DNA of 64,000 nucleotides from Escherichia coli (GTDB lineage Bacteria; Pseudomonadota; Gammaproteobacteria; Enterobacterales; Enterobacteriaceae): NCBI RefSeq assembly GCF_044647545.1, contig NZ_CP172818.1; one strand, 5' to 3'. Shown piece by piece: positions 62,112 to 64,000 of this stretch (position 1 is its first letter; each line of letters starts with the position of its first letter). The notes under the pieces were generated by a model. It saw only the letters and a program-made list of their open reading frames with translations, ran no database searches and was not told where the DNA came from. The position numbers and the translations under genes were made by a program.

Positions 62112-63005
62112 ATGAAGATAGTGATCACCGGAGGGACGGGATTAATTGGTCGCCATTTGATTCCGCGTTTGCTGGATCTGGGCCATCAAATCACGGTAGT
62201 GACGCGTAACCCGCAGAAAGCCAGTTCCGTTCTCGGCCCTCGGGTGACACTATGGCAAGGGCTTGCCGATCAAAGTAACCTCAACGGCGTTGATGCGGTA
62301 ATCAACCTGGCCGGAGAACCGATTGCTGATAAACGCTGGACTCACGAGCAAAAAGAGCGTCTCTGCCAAAGCCGCTGGAATATCACGCAAAAACTGGTCG
62401 ATTTGATTAATGCCAGCGACACGCCACCGTCGGTACTCATTTCCGGCTCGGCAACGGGCTATTATGGCGACTTAGGTGAAGTGGTGGTTACCGAAGAGGA
62501 ACCGCCGCATAACGAATTTACCCATAAACTCTGCGCCCGCTGGGAAGAAATTGCCTGTCGGGCACAAAGTGACAAAACGCGAGTGTGCCTGCTGCGTACC
62601 GGCGTAGTGCTGGCACCGGATGGCGGTATTCTCGGTAAAATGCTGCCGCCGTTTCGTCTTGGCCTGGGCGGGCCGATTGGTTCCGGTCGGCAGTATCTGG
62701 CCTGGATTCATATTGATGATATGGTCAACGGCATTCTCTGGCTGCTGGATAACGAGCTGCGCGGGCCATTTAATATGGTTTCGCCCTACCCGGTACGCAA
62801 TGAACAATTTGCCCATGCGCTCGGTCATGCGCTGCATCGCCCGGCTATTTTGCGCGTCCCCGCAACCGCCATTCGGCTGTTAATGGGCGAATCTTCAGTA
62901 CTGGTATTAGGTGGACAACGCGCGCTGCCTAAACGGCTGGAAGAAGCGGGTTTTGCGTTTCGTTGGTACGATTTAGAAGAGGCGCTGGCGGATGTTGTTC
63001 GCTGA
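62112..63005 (+). CDS. yfcH: epimerase-family protein (NAD-binding Rossmann plus DUF1731)
   Basis: ORF 62112..63005, 297 aa; GGTGLIG motif. Confidence 0.85.
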   Translation: MKIVITGGTGLIGRHLIPRLLDLGHQITVVTRNPQKASSVLGPRVTLWQGLADQSNLNGVDAVINLAGEPIADKRWTHEQKERLCQSRWNITQKLVDLINASDTPPSVLISGSATGYYGDLGEVVVTEEEPPHNEFTHKLCARWEEIACRAQSDKTRVCLLRTGVVLAPDGGILGKMLPPFRLGLGGPIGSGRQYLAWIHIDDMVNGILWLLDNELRGPFNMVSPYPVRNEQFAHALGHALHRPAILRVPATAIRLLMGESSVLVLGGQRALPKRLEEAGFAFRWYDLEEALADVVR

Positions 63006-63052
63006 TGTGGTTTACTGCAAACATCCGCCAGTTAACTCCCGGTGTTACAGGA

Positions 63053-63214
63053 TTAGTGGCTTTGCGCGATAAGATCGTCTGGTGAAAGTCGGGTCACCAT
63101 CATAACTAACTCTCTGTCTAAACCTCTCTCCAGCATTTCCTGAGCAATGCGCAGGGCTTCTTCGCGTTTGCCCTGCATTGCGCCTTCTTCACGTAATCTG
63201 TCAGCAATGGTCAT
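63053..63214 (-). CDS. putative internally initiated Rpn tail small protein (RpnS-like) within rpnB
   Basis: In-frame ATG 63212..63214 preceded on the minus strand by AAGGAG (63221..63226) at 6-nt spacing; same architecture as in rpnE. Inference. Confidence 0.3.
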   Translation of the reverse strand: MTIADRLREEGAMQGKREEALRIAQEMLERGLDRELVMMVTRLSPDDLIAQSH

Positions 63215-63943
63215 CAGTTTCTCCTTTTCTTGTGGTGCGCGTTCCGCTATCTCACCAATAAATGCACGGAAACGCTGGGCATCCCCCGTTTGTAATACAT
63301 AATTAAACAGGGCTTTTAGCTGTCTGTCATTAGTGTTCCCTGTAACTAGCAGCGAAACAATTTGGTCGACTAATCCCAACAGATCGCGCTGACGAATATG
63401 TTTCTGAATTAACTCCAACAGCGCCATTTTGCGATGTTGCATAATCTCGTCATCCGGCACCACGGTAATATCCACAAGCGGAAAAGCCGATGAATATATT
63501 TTGCGGGCTATAGCAGGCTCGGCAAATTCATCAAGCCAGCAGAGTGAATAAGGATAAGGACTTCTGCAACCATGATAAAATAGCATCGGGATCACCAATG
63601 GAAGCTCTTTATAGCCCGCATCAAGATGGTTTTGCATCGCTGCAATGGAATAGCGCATCATGCGAAAAGCCATTAATTCTTCCGGCTTACTTTGGTGCTC
63701 TATCACCACATAAATATAACCTGCTCCCTCCTGCGTTTTCACAGACCACAAGAGGTCGGAATAATATTGCCGCAGGTCTTCATCAATAAAACTGTTTGGT
63801 TCCAGTTTAAGCGTCGTTAAATCACACAGTTTGCGCAGCGGCGCGGGAAGATGAATATCAATAAAATCCCGCGCGGTGTCTGGATGGCGTAAAAAAGATT
63901 TAAATACCGCATCATGCGGCGTGGAAGTTGTCGATATTGTCAT
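63053..63943 (-). CDS. rpnB: Rpn (YhgA-like) recombination-promoting nuclease
   Basis: ORF 63053..63943 minus, 296 aa; paralogous to the product of 1..735 (shared GYIYxVIEHQS, FPLVDIT(I/V)[12 protein letters not shown](R/K)LMTIA(E/D)RLR(Q/E)EG). Confidence 0.85.
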   Translation of the reverse strand: MTISTTSTPHDAVFKSFLRHPDTARDFIDIHLPAPLRKLCDLTTLKLEPNSFIDEDLRQYYSDLLWSVKTQEGAGYIYVVIEHQSKPEELMAFRMMRYSIAAMQNHLDAGYKELPLVIPMLFYHGCRSPYPYSLCWLDEFAEPAIARKIYSSAFPLVDITVVPDDEIMQHRKMALLELIQKHIRQRDLLGLVDQIVSLLVTGNTNDRQLKALFNYVLQTGDAQRFRAFIGEIAERAPQEKEKLMTIADRLREEGAMQGKREEALRIAQEMLERGLDRELVMMVTRLSPDDLIAQSH

Positions 63944-64000
63944 GGCGTTCCGTCACCCCTCAAATTTAAGATGACGCGACAATAACCACGATTAACACCC

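Overview
This window reads as an Escherichia coli-type chromosomal segment that is almost entirely conserved core genome. It is collinear with the K-12 map from rpnE(yfaD)/ypaA to rpnB(yfcI). Gene identities were assigned by reading the supplied six-frame translations and recognising the proteins from memory; no database search was run. Content in order: rhmRDTA L-rhamnonate catabolism (minus), yfaY, yfaZ, nudI, ais, the PmrA-controlled arnBCADTEF lipid A aminoarabinose operon, pmrD (convergent), the menaquinone cluster menFDHBCE (minus), elaB, elaA, rbn, AT-rich elaD, yfbK, yfbL, yfbM, the complete 13-gene nuoA-N NADH dehydrogenase I operon (minus), lrhA, alaA, yfbR, yfbS, yfbT, yfbU, yfbV, ackA-pta, yfcC, yfcD, yfcE, yfcF, yfcG, folX, yfcH and rpnB. 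I found no tRNA, rRNA, CRISPR array, IS element or prophage, and no large unexplained insertion, so I do not see a clearly novel multi-gene system here. The observations most worth a second look are: (1) a tandemly duplicated Rpn C-terminal tail module (rpnE 3' end plus ypaA), each copy headed by the same 46-nt SD+ATG block, with a matching internal SD+ATG inside rpnB at the other end of the window; (2) the two Rpn paralogs bracketing the window in inverted orientation; (3) a repeated palindromic motif flanking the PmrA box in the ais-arnB divergent region; (4) the AT-rich elaD islet; (5) a yfbM-nuoN junction that lacks the yfbN-yfbO-yfbP genes I recall in K-12. Several long antisense ORFs in the track (opposite pta, nuoL, nuoC, menB, ackA) are treated as artefacts.
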